NCBI GenBank assembly: GCA_002269645.1
Contig: NIVC01003495.1
Location: 1-64,000 of the forward strand
Length of the DNA: 64,000 bases
Direction of reading: 5' to 3'
Source of the DNA: Macrostomum lignano
Taxonomy: Eukaryota
The notes under the pieces are model-generated. The model was not told where the DNA came from, searched no databases, and was given only the letters and a program-made list of their open reading frames with translations. How positions within the stretch are numbered: position 1 is the stretch's first letter; every line of letters starts with the position of its first letter. The position numbers and the translations under genes are program-made. This document shows positions 26,269-40,079 of the stretch, piece by piece.

Positions 26269-26849
26269 ACTGACTGAAGGTGCCCGATAATAAAACCAAT
26301 TTAAATTTGTCACCCGCCTCCTCCAATACTGAAAATACTGAAATGATAGCTTGAATGTGCGTACGCAACCCCCTCCCCCCAACTTTATCTCTGACCTATC
26401 ACAAAAATGACTAAAATCTTTGCAGACATCAAATTTTCTTTATGAAACTAAAATCCATCAAAAATCCTCTCAGTGAAACCATAAAAATCATCGAGATCCT
26501 CTCCGTGAAAACTAACTCCATCAGATTCTCTTAATGAAACTGATTTTCATTAAAATCTCCTCCGTTAAACGACCATCTAATTATAGCAATATCATTTCCG
26601 TCAATCAAGACTGTTAAATTGAAATCTATAAAAAGATGCTTTCTACTTTCAAAGTAACGCTTTTGATAGTCTGTGGGAACTCTTATACTCCAAGGAGCTC
26701 TGAAATGCTAGTTTTAGAAGTCCATGACATGAATTTTCTCTCTCGCGGGGCTGCTATGGCCATAGACTATGCTGAATTTGTTGCTGTGCCGTGGATAAAA
26801 GAAAATAATTGTTGACAATTCAAGCCAACCGCAGTAAACTCTTCATCGC

Positions 26850-29800
26850 AGACGCAGTGATGCTGGTCCGGGTGCGTCAAAACTCTCGAGCTATGCAGGC
26901 AAGCGGAGACGCGCCTCTAGCGCGCTGTCCGCCGAGGAACAACAGCGGCGACCAGAGTCAGGCGACGGTTGAGGTAAGTTGAGACCACAGATACTATGTA
27001 ACCATAGTTACATAGTTAAATAGTATCTGTGGCCAATAGGTTCGCGCAGGGAATCGAACCAGAGGTCCGTTGGGCGAGAGTCAGACGCCCCTTTCGCCCC
27101 TCACCCAGCCCTCTCTTAGGCACGCGATCACCGCAAACAACCATCATCTGCGACGCTCGTCCATTGTCGCGAGCAGCAGGCGGTCAAATCGAGCCACATT
27201 TGCCGAGTACGTCAAGCTGCGCAAAGAGGCCAAGGGAGCCGCGGGCAGGTCAACCTCAATGGCAAGCCGGAACGCTGCGGACTCTTTGATCGATGCAAAG
27301 GACCCCGCGTCCGTCTTTCAAAGGCAGCAGTTAACCACGTTTGCTGAGTACCAGAAGCGAGGCCTGGGGGCTGCCGGTCTGTGATGACGGAACTCTTTGT
27401 TGCGTATCAGACCTCAGCCCTTCTTCATATAAAACATACTTTTTGACACGCTTGGCTCAGACACAGTTGTAACCGAGCCACTCTCATTGAACACCCTTCC
27501 GAGCTACAGTCCTCACTGAGCCACTCTCATTGAACACCCTTCCGAGCTACAGTCCTCACTGAGCCACTCTCATTGAACACCCTTCTGAGCTACAGTCCTC
27601 ACTGAGCCACTCTCATTGAACACCCTTCCGAGCTACAGTCCTCACTGAGCCACTCTCATTGAACACCCTTCCGAGCTACAGTCCTCACTGAGCCACTCTC
27701 ATTGAACACCCTTCCGAGCTACAGTCCTCACTGAGCCACTCTCATTGAACACCCTTCCGAGCTACAGTCCTCACTGAGCCACTCTCATTGAACACCCTTC
27801 CGAGCTACAGTCCTCACTGAGCCACTCTCATTGAACACCCTTTCGAGCTACAGTCCTCACTGAGCCACTCTCATTGAACACCCTTCCGAGCTACAGTCCT
27901 CACTGAGCCACTCTCATTGAACACCCTTCCGAGCTACAGTCCTCACTGAGCCACTCTCATTGAACACCCTTCCGAGCTACAGTCCTCACTGAGCCACTCT
28001 CACTGAACACCCTTCCGAGCTACAGTCGTCACTGAGCCACTCTCATTGAACACCCTTCCGAGCTACAGTCCTCACTGAGCCACTCTCATTGAACACCCTT
28101 CTGAGCTACAGTCCTCACTGAGCCACTCTCATTGAACACCCTTCCGAGCTACAGTCCTCACTGAGCCACTCTCATTGAACACCCTTCTGAGCTACAGTCC
28201 TCACTGAGCCACTCTCACTGAACACCCTTCCGAGCTACAGTCCTCACTGAGCCACTCTCATTGAACACCCTTCCGAGCTACAGTCCTCACTGAGCCACTC
28301 TCATTAAACACCATTCCTAGCTACAGTCCTCACTGAGCCACTTTCATTGAACACCCTTCCGAGCTACAGTCCTCACTGAGCCACTTTCATTGGGCACCCT
28401 TCTGAGCTACGGTCTTCATCTTACATCCCACACTCTCCCTAGCAAGAGCCCATTTCAACCAAGTTACACCTAAACCGCCAGCGCGCCGTCAGAACGATCG
28501 ACAATCTTTGGCGAACTCGGATTCCAGCGTGCTTGATCTGCCTGAGCCAGCCGATCCCGTCGGCCTGGAGACCGCAGACGGTGCGGCCGTGGCCGCCGCT
28601 GTTGCCAGATCCACCGCTGCCGACGAGAACGCTGATCGGAACGATGAAGACGCCACCTCCGGTGACACGGCGACACAGGGCCAGAAGGGCTGCTGCGGCT
28701 GCTGCTCAAGGGCCAAGCGAAAAAACGCCGATCCGACTAGCCGACGGAAGCGGCGACTGGTGGAGCACGAAGGAACTTCGGTAGGTGGTTCCGCGTTGGT
28801 GGCTGCTGGAATACTTGATTGCTACAGCTTGTATTGGACTCGAGTATTATGGTAGCCACGATTGTGCTGTAATTAATCAGCGGAACCCTCATCCGTTCTC
28901 TGCATTGTAATTAGTGCACCTCCGGAAATCCACCACTCAGCCAGCTGCTCGATGAGGATGCAGATTTAGCCGACGTCAAGGACATGGATCCGACCATCAC
29001 TCTGATGCCCTACGTGCTGTTTGAAAGCGAGCGGCACAAAGTTCTGTACCAATCGGTGGGGATGGACGAGGCCGAGTTGTTGAAACGGGCCATCGCTCTG
29101 CACGCGAACGATCTCTACAAGCAGATGTTGATGAGGCTGTCAATGTCCAGGTGAGTCAGACTGTTTTTATGGTATAATTTAGATTTAGATACTGACTGAT
29201 GTACTTGGCGATTTGTCACTGTCAGTGCATCAACGGGTCCGAGAGTTAACTGGGGTTGTGTCAGTGCATCAACAGATCCGAGAGTGCTAACTGGGGTTGT
29301 GTCAGTGCATCAATGGATCCGAGAGTGTTAACTGAGGTTGTGTCAGTGCATCAATGGATCCGAGAGTGTTAACTGAGGTTGTGTCAGTGCATCAATGGAT
29401 CCGAGAGTGTTAACTGAGGTTGTGTCAGTGCATCAATGGATCCGAGAGTGTTAACTGAGGTTGTGTCAGTGCATCAATGGATCCGAGAGTGTTAACTGAG
29501 GTTGTGTCAGTGCATCAACGGATCCGAGTGTTAACTGAGGTTGTGTCGGTGCATCAACGGATCCGAGAGTGCTAACTGGGGTTGTGTCAGTGCATCAACG
29601 GATCCGAGAGTGTTAACTGGGGTTTTGTCGGTGCATCAACGGATCCGAGTGTTAACTGAGGTTGTGTCAGTGCATCAACGGATCCGAGAGTGTTAACTGA
29701 GGTTGTGTCGGTGCATCAACGGATCCGAGTGTTAACTGGGGTTGTGTCAGTGCATCAACGGATCCGAGAGTGTTAACTGAGGTTGTGTCAGTGCATCAAT

Positions 29801-30919
29801 GGATCCGAGAGTGTTAACTGAGGTTGTGTCAGTGCATCAACGGATCCGAGAGTGCTAACTGGGGTTGTGTCAGTGCATCAACGGATCCGAGAGTGTTAAC
29901 TGAGGTTGTGTCAGTGCATCAACGGATCCGAGAGTGTTAACTGAGGTTGTGTCGGTGCATCAACGGATCCGAGTGTTAACTGGGGTTGTGTCAGTGCATC
30001 AACGGATCCGAGTGTTAACTGGGGTTGTGTCAGTGCATCAACGGATCCGAGAGTGTTAACTGAGGTTGTGTCAGTGCATCAACGGATCCGAGAGTGTTAA
30101 CTGAGGTTGTGTCGGTGCATCAACGGATCCGAGTGTTAACTGGGGTTGTGTCAGTGCATCAACGGATCCGAGTGTTAACTGGGGTTGTGTCAATGCATCA
30201 ACGGATCCGAGAGTGTTAACTGAGGTTGTGTCAGTGCATCAACGGATCCGAGAGTGTTAACTGAGGTTGTGTCAGTGCATCAACGGATCCGAGAGTGTTA
30301 ACTGAGGTTGTGTCAGTGCATCAACGGATCCGAGAGTGTTAACTGAGGTTGTGTCAGTGCATCAACGGATCCGAGAGTGTTAACTGGGGTTGTGTCAGTG
30401 CATCAACGGATCCGAGAGTTCTCGAATTGGGGCTATGCCGGTGCATCAAAGGAGCGCCACAGGTCACTAGCAGATCCTAGTAAAATGCAGCTTAACCGGC
30501 ACTCCACACCCGCAAGGTACCTGAAGCTGATTCGTGAGCGTGTTGTTCGCACCGTGCTGTCAAAGAAGGTGCAGTTTTCCCTCAACAACGACGCTTTGGC
30601 CGTCAACCTGATGGGTATCGAGATCACCGCCGAGGAGTCGAAGAGCATCGGGGACAGCGTCGGCAGCTCGCCCGGCCTGAGCGTTGGCGACATCACCTTC
30701 GACTCACAGGCCGTGGAGATGCCGCAGTCCCGTTCGACTCAGCTGCTTGAATCGCCGGACGTGTCCAGGCAGATGTTCAAACCGGCGCCAAAGCTTTCCG
30801 ATACCGAGGTGTTGGAGCTGCTCAATGAGGGAAAAATACTTGACGTGACAGGGCGAGCATCGCTTGAGAGTCTCGTGTCCTTGCCCGTCACCAAAGTTGG
30901 ACAGCGGCGCAGCTCCTGA
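26850..30919 (+). CDS. Hypothetical multi-exon protein, 5' end unresolved; exons ~26850-26967, 27050-27376, 28443-28780, 28915-29150, 30517-30919
   Basis: Phase-consistent GT-AG chain (1,1,0,2) gives a continuous ORF: low-complexity N-terminal part, then helical PTITLMPYVLFESERHKVLYQ..LHANDLYKQMLMRLSMSRYLKLIRERVVR. Two donors (GTTGAG, GTCTGT) are weak; family not recognised. Confidence 0.6.
27475..28410. repeat. 43-bp minisatellite, intronic
   Basis: Unit GAGCCACTCTCATTGAACACCCTTCCGAGCTACAGTCCTCACT, highly homogeneous. Confidence 0.95.
29219..30420. repeat. 39-41 bp minisatellite, intronic
   Basis: Unit GTGTCAGTGCATCAACGGATCCGAGAGTGTTAACTGAGGTT. Confidence 0.95.
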
Positions 30920-31999
30920 TGATGTGCTCAAGAAATTCTGAGCTCTGTGCTTTTTGAGTCGCATTTTTTTCTTTCGATTTGGATCTGGGTCTTCGATGAC
31001 AGTGGTTGCTAGGGAACTGGTTTGAAAGTGAAAACTTTTTTTGTGGAAATTTTTTCACCAAACAATAATGTTTTATTAAAAGTGTAAAAAGTTTCCATCA
31101 AACTGCAAGAAAAGTTTTTTTGTCGACTTTTAAAAAAGAAAATTTGTTTTCTGATTTTCTAAGCCTCTCAAACCGGTGGCAACAGTCTGTTTCGTTAATT
31201 ATCTGCTATTTAATTTTTATTGCTAAAATAAAAATCTTGCCATTATTTTTCGATGAGCATACAGTGTATTTCAGTGGCTTTAAAATGTTTGACTTACTTA
31301 ACGGATGTGCGTGGCACATTTGGGCCAAAGCCCAAGACACACAGAGAGTGGTACGTAAGATAATTATGCTTATTCTTCCAGAAAAAAACAGGTAGCTAAC
31401 TTTGCCTCTTTGGCAGCGAAAACTGGTCTTCAGAGGAAGATACCAATGCCATAAATCTTGCACATTCGATCCTGCTCGGCAAATCGGTTATAGGAATCCA
31501 TATACTAATTTTGCTCTGTTTTGATGTTTGTCTGAAATTGATTTTTCCTAGAACCGTCTTGTCGATTTTCCTTTTAAATAGCTTTAAAAGCATTTGTAAT
31601 TTTCTCATACACAAATCTTTTCGATGAAAAACTCGAATGGGAAGTGGGTCAAAATTCGAATAAAACGGTATTTCTTAATGCATAGAGAATTTTGAATGCC
31701 CCCATGGGGGGCTTAGTGCGCTAGTTAACCTACTAAAACTATTTAATGTATCATTTAACTATGAATTTCTTTTCTGTTGAATCCTCAATTGTATATTTTA
31801 TTATTTTTCTTTTCGAGCCATTAAAACGAGGACTGAGAAATGATTTGAGGACTAGAAAAAGCGTCTATAGAAACAAAATGAACGCGAAAGTGCAACAAGT
31901 GCAAAAACGAGGAAACAAGTAGTTAAACATAGCAAAAAAATTTCCAGAAGGAGAAGTCCTTTTTTAGACTAAACTTGACATAAATAGAGCTGCAGCATG

Positions 32000-32329
32000 G
32001 CCAACATTTGCTCACCTCAAGAAGAATCGCCTCAGAAGATAGTTCCAATTGCCTCGACTCCATTCTTCGATCGGTTTGGAGACAAGAAGTCCTTTGGTGG
32101 TTTCTCCTTGCAAAATTGCGTTCTAGCGCGCATTTTGCCAGTCTTTGAACACATTAACGGCCCATTGTTCTTTCCGGGATCATCTTGCATCACCTAGCCT
32201 AACGAATCGCGCTGAGGATGCAGAGGATTCAGTAGTAAATACTTTATATGCCGCAGTTGTTGCTCCAACTGCTGGTTCGAATAACTCGTCCAACCAGTCC
32301 AACGATTCGGGTTGACTAAATAGATCCAT
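32000..32329 (-). pseudogene. Decayed Crypton / DUF3504-associated (KCTD1/ZMYM/QRICH1-like) N-terminal fragment
   Basis: Minus-strand translation across stops and a frameshift gives WAVNVFKDWQNAR*N..KPIEEW..NYLLRRF-LEVSK, resembling the T.WAV.VF..W...R / L..F..EVRK motifs of Crypton tyrosine recombinases. Confidence 0.5.
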
Positions 32330-32574
32330 GTCACGGCCAGATACTGACACTGAGTCAAGAAAAAAAAATTTTTTCCTTTCCTAGCGAATCAGTGTTTTAC
32401 TAGGTTAAAGTGTACTTAACCCACAGTTCTAAAAATAGCATGTCACGACCGAGATATACTGACTGAAGCTGCGGCCCATAGAGATCTGCGGCAAGACACA
32501 GTGCCATCCCTGAAATAATAATCCACTATACTTCATTTAGTAGTCCTGGGAGTAGCACTTGGCTGTGCCAGGCC

Positions 32575-33903
32575 ATGGCCACTGCCGACCACCTGCGAGC
32601 TGCCCTGGAGGCTGACGATCGCGAATGCCTACTGAGACAGTGCGGCCAGCTGGACGTCAACCTGACGTTGACGTCAAACGGCTACGAAGCAACTGTGACT
32701 CATCACGTCGCGTTCAAACCCTACGGACTCGACTGCCTCAAGCGGCTGGTTGACAAGCTGGGAGCCGCCTGCCTGACAACTGAAGTGGATGATGGTGGCG
32801 ATTTGCCGCTGCATGTTGCGGCTTTGCGCCAGGATGAAAAATCGATGGAGTTCATCCGCAACAGCGCGGGACCGGAATGCTTCGAGCTGACTGGGCAGTT
32901 CAACCGAACCATTGTGCACATGGCGGCGCAGAATGAGCACAGCAGCTCAGCCCTGATGTGGCTGGTTAAGCAGATCGGACCAGACTGCCTGAGCGTGCTC
33001 GATTCTGATGGCAACACGCCGGTCCACCTTGCAGCCTGGAAGCAGGATGAGGCGTCGATGCGGTTCATCAAAGAGCAGCTCGGAACTGACTGCTTCGTTC
33101 AGCGAGGAGAGATGCAGCGCACCGCCGTTCACATGTCTGCCTTGAATGTGGCCAGCAACTCGGCCTTCAAGTGGCTGGTGTGCGAGTGCGGCCCAGGCTC
33201 CCTGACGGAGAAAGATACCGAGAGCAACACTCCCGTTCACCTGGCCGCGCTAAGGCAAGGCGAGGACTCGATGCAGTTCATTAACGCGCAGCTCGGGTCT
33301 CAGGTGTTCCTGATCGAAGGTAACAATGGAGGCACTTCGGTGAACTTTGCAGCTGAAAACTGCATCAGCAAATCCGCACTGGCCTGGTGCGCCAGGGAGC
33401 TGGACCCCAAGTGTCTGCTGGTGAAGGATTCGTTTGGCAGAATGCCAATTCACCTGGCAGCTCTGCACCAGGATGAGCATTCGATGCAGCTGCTGGTGAG
33501 CTCACTCGGACGGGACTGCCTTACTCTGCCAGGTGAGATGCAGCGGACTGCCGTGCACTACGCTGCTCTAAACTCCAGCAGCAGCTCTGCACTGAGGTGG
33601 ATTGTCGGTCAGCTCGGACCCGACTGCCTGAAGCTGACGGACTCCGAGGGCAGCATGGCGCTGCATCTGGCGGCTCAGGTTCAGGGCGTGGACTCTCTGA
33701 GTCTCATCTTGGACTCGCTGGGCGCTGACGCCTTCAAGCTCGAGGGTCTCAACGGCCTGCGGATGGCTCACTACGCCGCCGCGAACAGCCAGAAGCAGGA
33801 GCTGCTGGCGTGGATCGCCAGCGAGATCGGGCCCGACAGCCTGCATGAGCCCGACGCCCTGGGCAGGACTGCCACCGAACTCGCCGCTGAAGACGATGAG
33901 TAG
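32575..33903 (+). CDS. Intronless ankyrin-repeat protein, 442 aa, built from ~5 alternating A/B repeat pairs (~71 aa period)
   Basis: G(N/D/R)xP(L/V/I)HLAA repeats alternate with RTAVH(M/Y)AA(L)N repeats. Confidence 0.9.
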   Translation: MATADHLRAALEADDRECLLRQCGQLDVNLTLTSNGYEATVTHHVAFKPYGLDCLKRLVDKLGAACLTTEVDDGGDLPLHVAALRQDEKSMEFIRNSAGPECFELTGQFNRTIVHMAAQNEHSSSALMWLVKQIGPDCLSVLDSDGNTPVHLAAWKQDEASMRFIKEQLGTDCFVQRGEMQRTAVHMSALNVASNSAFKWLVCECGPGSLTEKDTESNTPVHLAALRQGEDSMQFINAQLGSQVFLIEGNNGGTSVNFAAENCISKSALAWCARELDPKCLLVKDSFGRMPIHLAALHQDEHSMQLLVSSLGRDCLTLPGEMQRTAVHYAALNSSSSSALRWIVGQLGPDCLKLTDSEGSMALHLAAQVQGVDSLSLILDSLGADAFKLEGLNGLRMAHYAAANSQKQELLAWIASEIGPDSLHEPDALGRTATELAAEDDE

Positions 33904-34102
33904 GCAGAGGCTGGCGAGGATACATTTTATGGTTTGAGTTGGAGTCTCCTGCTCCTTTTGCACTTCGATCTTCATTATTGATTTTTCAAATCGATAAACC
34001 ATGCAAATAAGCATTTGGTTCTTCTCGGCTTCACTGACACAATCTCGGGCTGGGGCCGGCTTCAACGTTGATTTTTTAACATTTTAACAATAAATTGAGC
34101 CC

Positions 34103-34566
<464 letters not shown>

Positions 34567-34763
34567 CTGTCTCTATACTCTATCTTGAAAAATTAAGTTT
34601 TCAGTCTACAATGCTCATGCTATGATGAAGCCAATAAGAAAACAAGTTATTTCTCGAATACCGGAGCAGAATTATAATCTTTGTTATCAGCAAATACTAA
34701 TTAATGTAGAATCTATCGTTTCTCTGTAAACCGAATGCTGGTTGCTAGGCCAAGTCCAGCAGC

Positions 34764-36682
34764 TTACACCCTGGTGATGGGTGAGTAGGCCAAGATTCTC
34801 GGATAGCCGGCCTCGGGTCTGATGGGCACAGCTGGGAAGTGCTGCTGGTGCTGCTGGTGCTGCTGGAGGTGGCGCTGCAGACCCGAGCAGCTCACAAATG
34901 ATGGCGAGATTGGCATCGGCAGCGGTGGAGGCGGCGGCAGCTGCGCGAACACCGAGCTGAGCGCCTCGACCGAGGACGAACGCCCGCCAGCTGACGACTC
35001 GTCGAAAGAGGCCTGCCGATTCTGCCGATGGTGCAGCGACGACCGAGTCCGGCAGGAAGCCTGCCGCTGCCGCCGCTGGTGATCGAAACAGTCAGAGCCC
35101 CCCGGAGCGTCTTCTGCCGCACCCAGATCGTTGATCTCGTTGACGCTGCCGATGCAGCTGCTGGCTCCTTCATCGCCGCCGTCGGATGTCGCCTCCGGCT
35201 GACGCTGCGGCGAACTGCCGGAAGCTCCTGTCGCCGCCGCTGCCGCCAACGCCAGGCGGTCTTTGCCGGCGGAGTTACCGACTGCCGAGCCGGAATCGAC
35301 GGTCAGCATCCAGCGGTTGACTTCGTCCTCGCTGGAGAGCGGCGCCGGCTTGGCGCAGGGCAGGCAGCGGGCCACCAGGTGGTTGGCGCTGCGATCGAAT
35401 GCCAGCACGACTACGGGCTCGAGGGCGGCTCTGGCGAAGCCCAGGATGGTCAGCAGCTTGTAGACTTCGGCGCTCACCTGCGGTTGGGTAAGGCGGATAG
35501 ATAAGAAGATGTAACGTTGTAACGGTGTTGCTACGGTGTTGCTACGGTGTTGCTATGGTGTTGCTACGGTTTTGCTACGGTGTTGCTACTCTGTTGCTAC
35601 GGTGTTGCTACGGTGTTGCTACGGTGTTGCTACGGTGTTGCTACGGTGTTGCTACGGTGTTGCTACGGTGTTGCTATGGTGTTGCTACGGTGTTGCTACG
35701 GTGTTGCTACGGTGTTGCTATGGTGTTGCTACGGTGTTGCTACGCTTTTGCGACGGTGTTGCTACGCTGTTGCTACGGTGTTGCTACATTGCCTAGCAGG
35801 CCTCCTCCATTTTGCTCGCACCTGGTACTGCGGGTCCACCAGGATCAGCAGGAACAGCGGGTACCAGCACACAAAGTGCAGGCCGCACACCGCGCTCAGC
35901 ACCCGCTGCCTGTTCCGTTTAATCTCGGCCAGGCTGTCCAACTTTCTGTCCACCGCCTCCATGCTGACCGGCAGCTCCTCCTGCTGGCTGCTCAGAATGA
36001 TAAGCTTGGCCTGCACGGTCTTGCCGATGACCCGGTAGAACACGGCCAAGTAGTAGGCTGCGGCGGCCAGGGCCAAGGACACAATGAGGATCCACATGGT
36101 GTACACAATGTAGTTCTTGGCCTGCCCGTACACAAACAGGCACCGTTTGGATTTGCTGGACTCGAAATTGGCGCCAATCAAGGTGGGGCCCAGGTGCAAA
36201 ATAATGCTGCCAGTGTACACCAGCACCGTGCCAAACAGCACGCAGCACAGGTTGCCCTTCGGCCGCTGCTTCACCACGGTCGGGCAGTTGTCGAACAGGT
36301 ACACCTCGCAGCAGGCCGCCGCCACCAGGTTGAACACCGAGGCGGTCATCAGGACAACGTAGCTCGTGCCCAGCGAGTTGCAGCTGCTCGCCGGCACGAC
36401 GCCTTCTTGAAGGCCGCGAGCGAATATGACGCAATAGGCTGACAGCGCCGAGTTCAGCAGGCAGGCGTGCACCAGGAAGGCCGAGGACAGGCGCCGCGTG
36501 TGCGACTGCAGTAGCACTGCGGTCAGGAGGGCGGCATTCGCTGACAGGCCTAGCCCGGCAACCAGGTACATCACGGCCTGCTCCAGTGCGTTGTGCAGTG
36601 CTTCAGTGTCCACATGTTCGTGCTCCGCTGCAGCCGCCGCTGCATCCGCGGTTGATGACGCCACTGATGAGTCATCCGACAT
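34764..36682 (-). CDS. Orphan class A (rhodopsin-like) GPCR ~524 aa; coding exons 36682-35822 and 35477-34764; probable 5' UTR exon ending at 37501
   Basis: Seven hydrophobic segments, TM1 G..AN, Cys atop TM3 and in ECL2, CWYP in TM6, long low-complexity C-tail. Phase-0 intron CAG|GTGCGA..CCGCAG|GTG; upstream acceptor at 36689 and donor AG|GTAAGA at 37500. Confidence 0.85.
35520..35790. repeat. 11-bp tandem repeat (GGTGTTGCTAC) filling the GPCR intron
   Basis: Direct. Confidence 0.95.
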
Positions 36683-36852
36683 TCTAGTCTGGAGTGAAAA
36701 TAATTGCTTAAAAGTAACTTTTTGCACTTTTATCATTTCTCTTCACTTGCTCTCTGGACTCGCTTTGAAAAATATTTGTCTTTTCAGTTTTGTGTTTGTT
36801 TCCATTGCTCACAGATATCGCTATTATCCTGCTTATTGCTCTAGTAATTCTC

Positions 36853-37435
36853 ACCTCTCCTCTCCTCTCCTCTCCTCTCCTCTCCTATCCTCTCCTCTCC
36901 TATCCTCTCCTCTCCTCTCCTCTTCTCTCCTCTTCCCTCCTCTCCTCTCCTCTCCTCTCCTCTCCTCTCCTCTCCTCTCCTCTCCTCTCCTCTCCTCTCC
37001 TCTCCTCTCCTCTCCTCTCCTCTCCTCTCCTCTCCTCTCCTCTCCTCTCCTCTCCTCTCCTCTCCTCTCCTCTCCTCTCCTCTCCTCTCCTCTCCTCTCC
37101 TCTCCTCTCCTCTCCTCTCCTCTCCTCTCCTCTCCTCTCCTCTCCTCTCCTCTCCTCTCCTCTCCTCTCCTCTTCCCTCCTCTCCTCTCCTCTCCTCTCC
37201 TCTCCTCTCCTCTCCTCTCCTCTCCTCTCCTCTCCTCTCCTCTCCTCTCCTCTCCTCTCCTCTCCTCTCCTCTCCTCTCCTCTCCTCTCCTCTCCTCTCC
37301 TCTCCTCTCCTCTCTCTCCTCTCCTCTCCTCTCCTCTCCTCTCCTCTCCTCTCCTCTCCTCTCCTCTCCTCTCCTCTCCTCTCCTCTTCTCTTCTCTCCT
37401 CTCCTCTCCTCTCCTCTCCTCTCCTCTCCTCTCTT
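36853..37435. repeat. (CTCCT)n pentanucleotide array
   Basis: Direct; lies in the putative GPCR 5' UTR intron. Confidence 0.98.
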
Positions 37436-37892
37436 TACTCTCAAAAAAGTGTTCTAAAAGTGTCAACCGTATGCCATCTGCGCTCAGTCTGTTCTCTTAC
37501 CTGTCAGTAACGAGAAACACAAGCAACCACAGCCCGAGGATAACACAACCTTTGTAAATAAACTTTTCTCACTGAATTTGAATCGCGGTTCTCACACTGC
37601 CAGCTATCTGCTCAAAGATTGAGCTTATTTATTTTTCTGTCCAAGAAAAGAGAATGACTGGAGCGACACAGCGTGACGCGCACTTGTCCTGCTGAGAATG
37701 GCCGAACCAGCTGGAGTGCTGCCAAGTCTCTATTGAGAGATTTTCTATTGAATGAACAGCAGCAGCTGTGGTTGGTCAAGCCTTCTGCTATGATGCTGCT
37801 GCTGCTTTCAGTTCGTTGCACTCACTGACTGGTTGGTTAATTGCACCCAGCGGGACTGGCCTCAGTACAGTAGATGGTCCCTGCGTTCTCCA

Positions 37893-39674
<1,782 letters not shown>

Positions 39675-40079
39675 AGCCAGGTCTTTTACGAGGTCTATAA
39701 CCCTATACTGCTCTCTGCCTATTGAAATTCAGTTGAAAAGACTCATTGAACTTTAAATATAAAAGGTGACTTTGAGTTCTAGGTTTCATAAAATTCATAT
39801 TTCATAAAGCACAAGGAACTCAATTCAAATTCGTTTCATTCTTCGCTGCATTTCGGCGCCACAGCCTGCCGCCTTTTTACGGTCAAGCTGTCCATCTGAC
39901 CGCCTCCCTCACTAAATTAACCCAGCCTCCAGTTTCACTGCCCTTATCCAGCTTCTTGCATTCGGGGGTTTTCCTGCGGCTGTTTTCAACTCCAGCCTGT
40001 AAAGCACATCGGTCGCGTTACTTCTCCTTGACTTAATAATTGTTACACGCCTAGACTTGGGGGGCAGAAAGAGAGATGG

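Noticed and set aside
13372-30420. Regular 34-43 bp repeats as possible CRISPR arrays
   Set aside because: No unique spacers, head-to-tail units, eukaryotic intronic context and no cas genes
30780-30900. LSDTEVLELLNEGKI resembling the HMG-CoA reductase linker
   Set aside because: No catalytic domain follows; the ORF stops at 30919
30915-30950. CTGATGA..GAAA hammerhead-like core
   Set aside because: Stem II is mis-spaced and there are no convincing stems I/III
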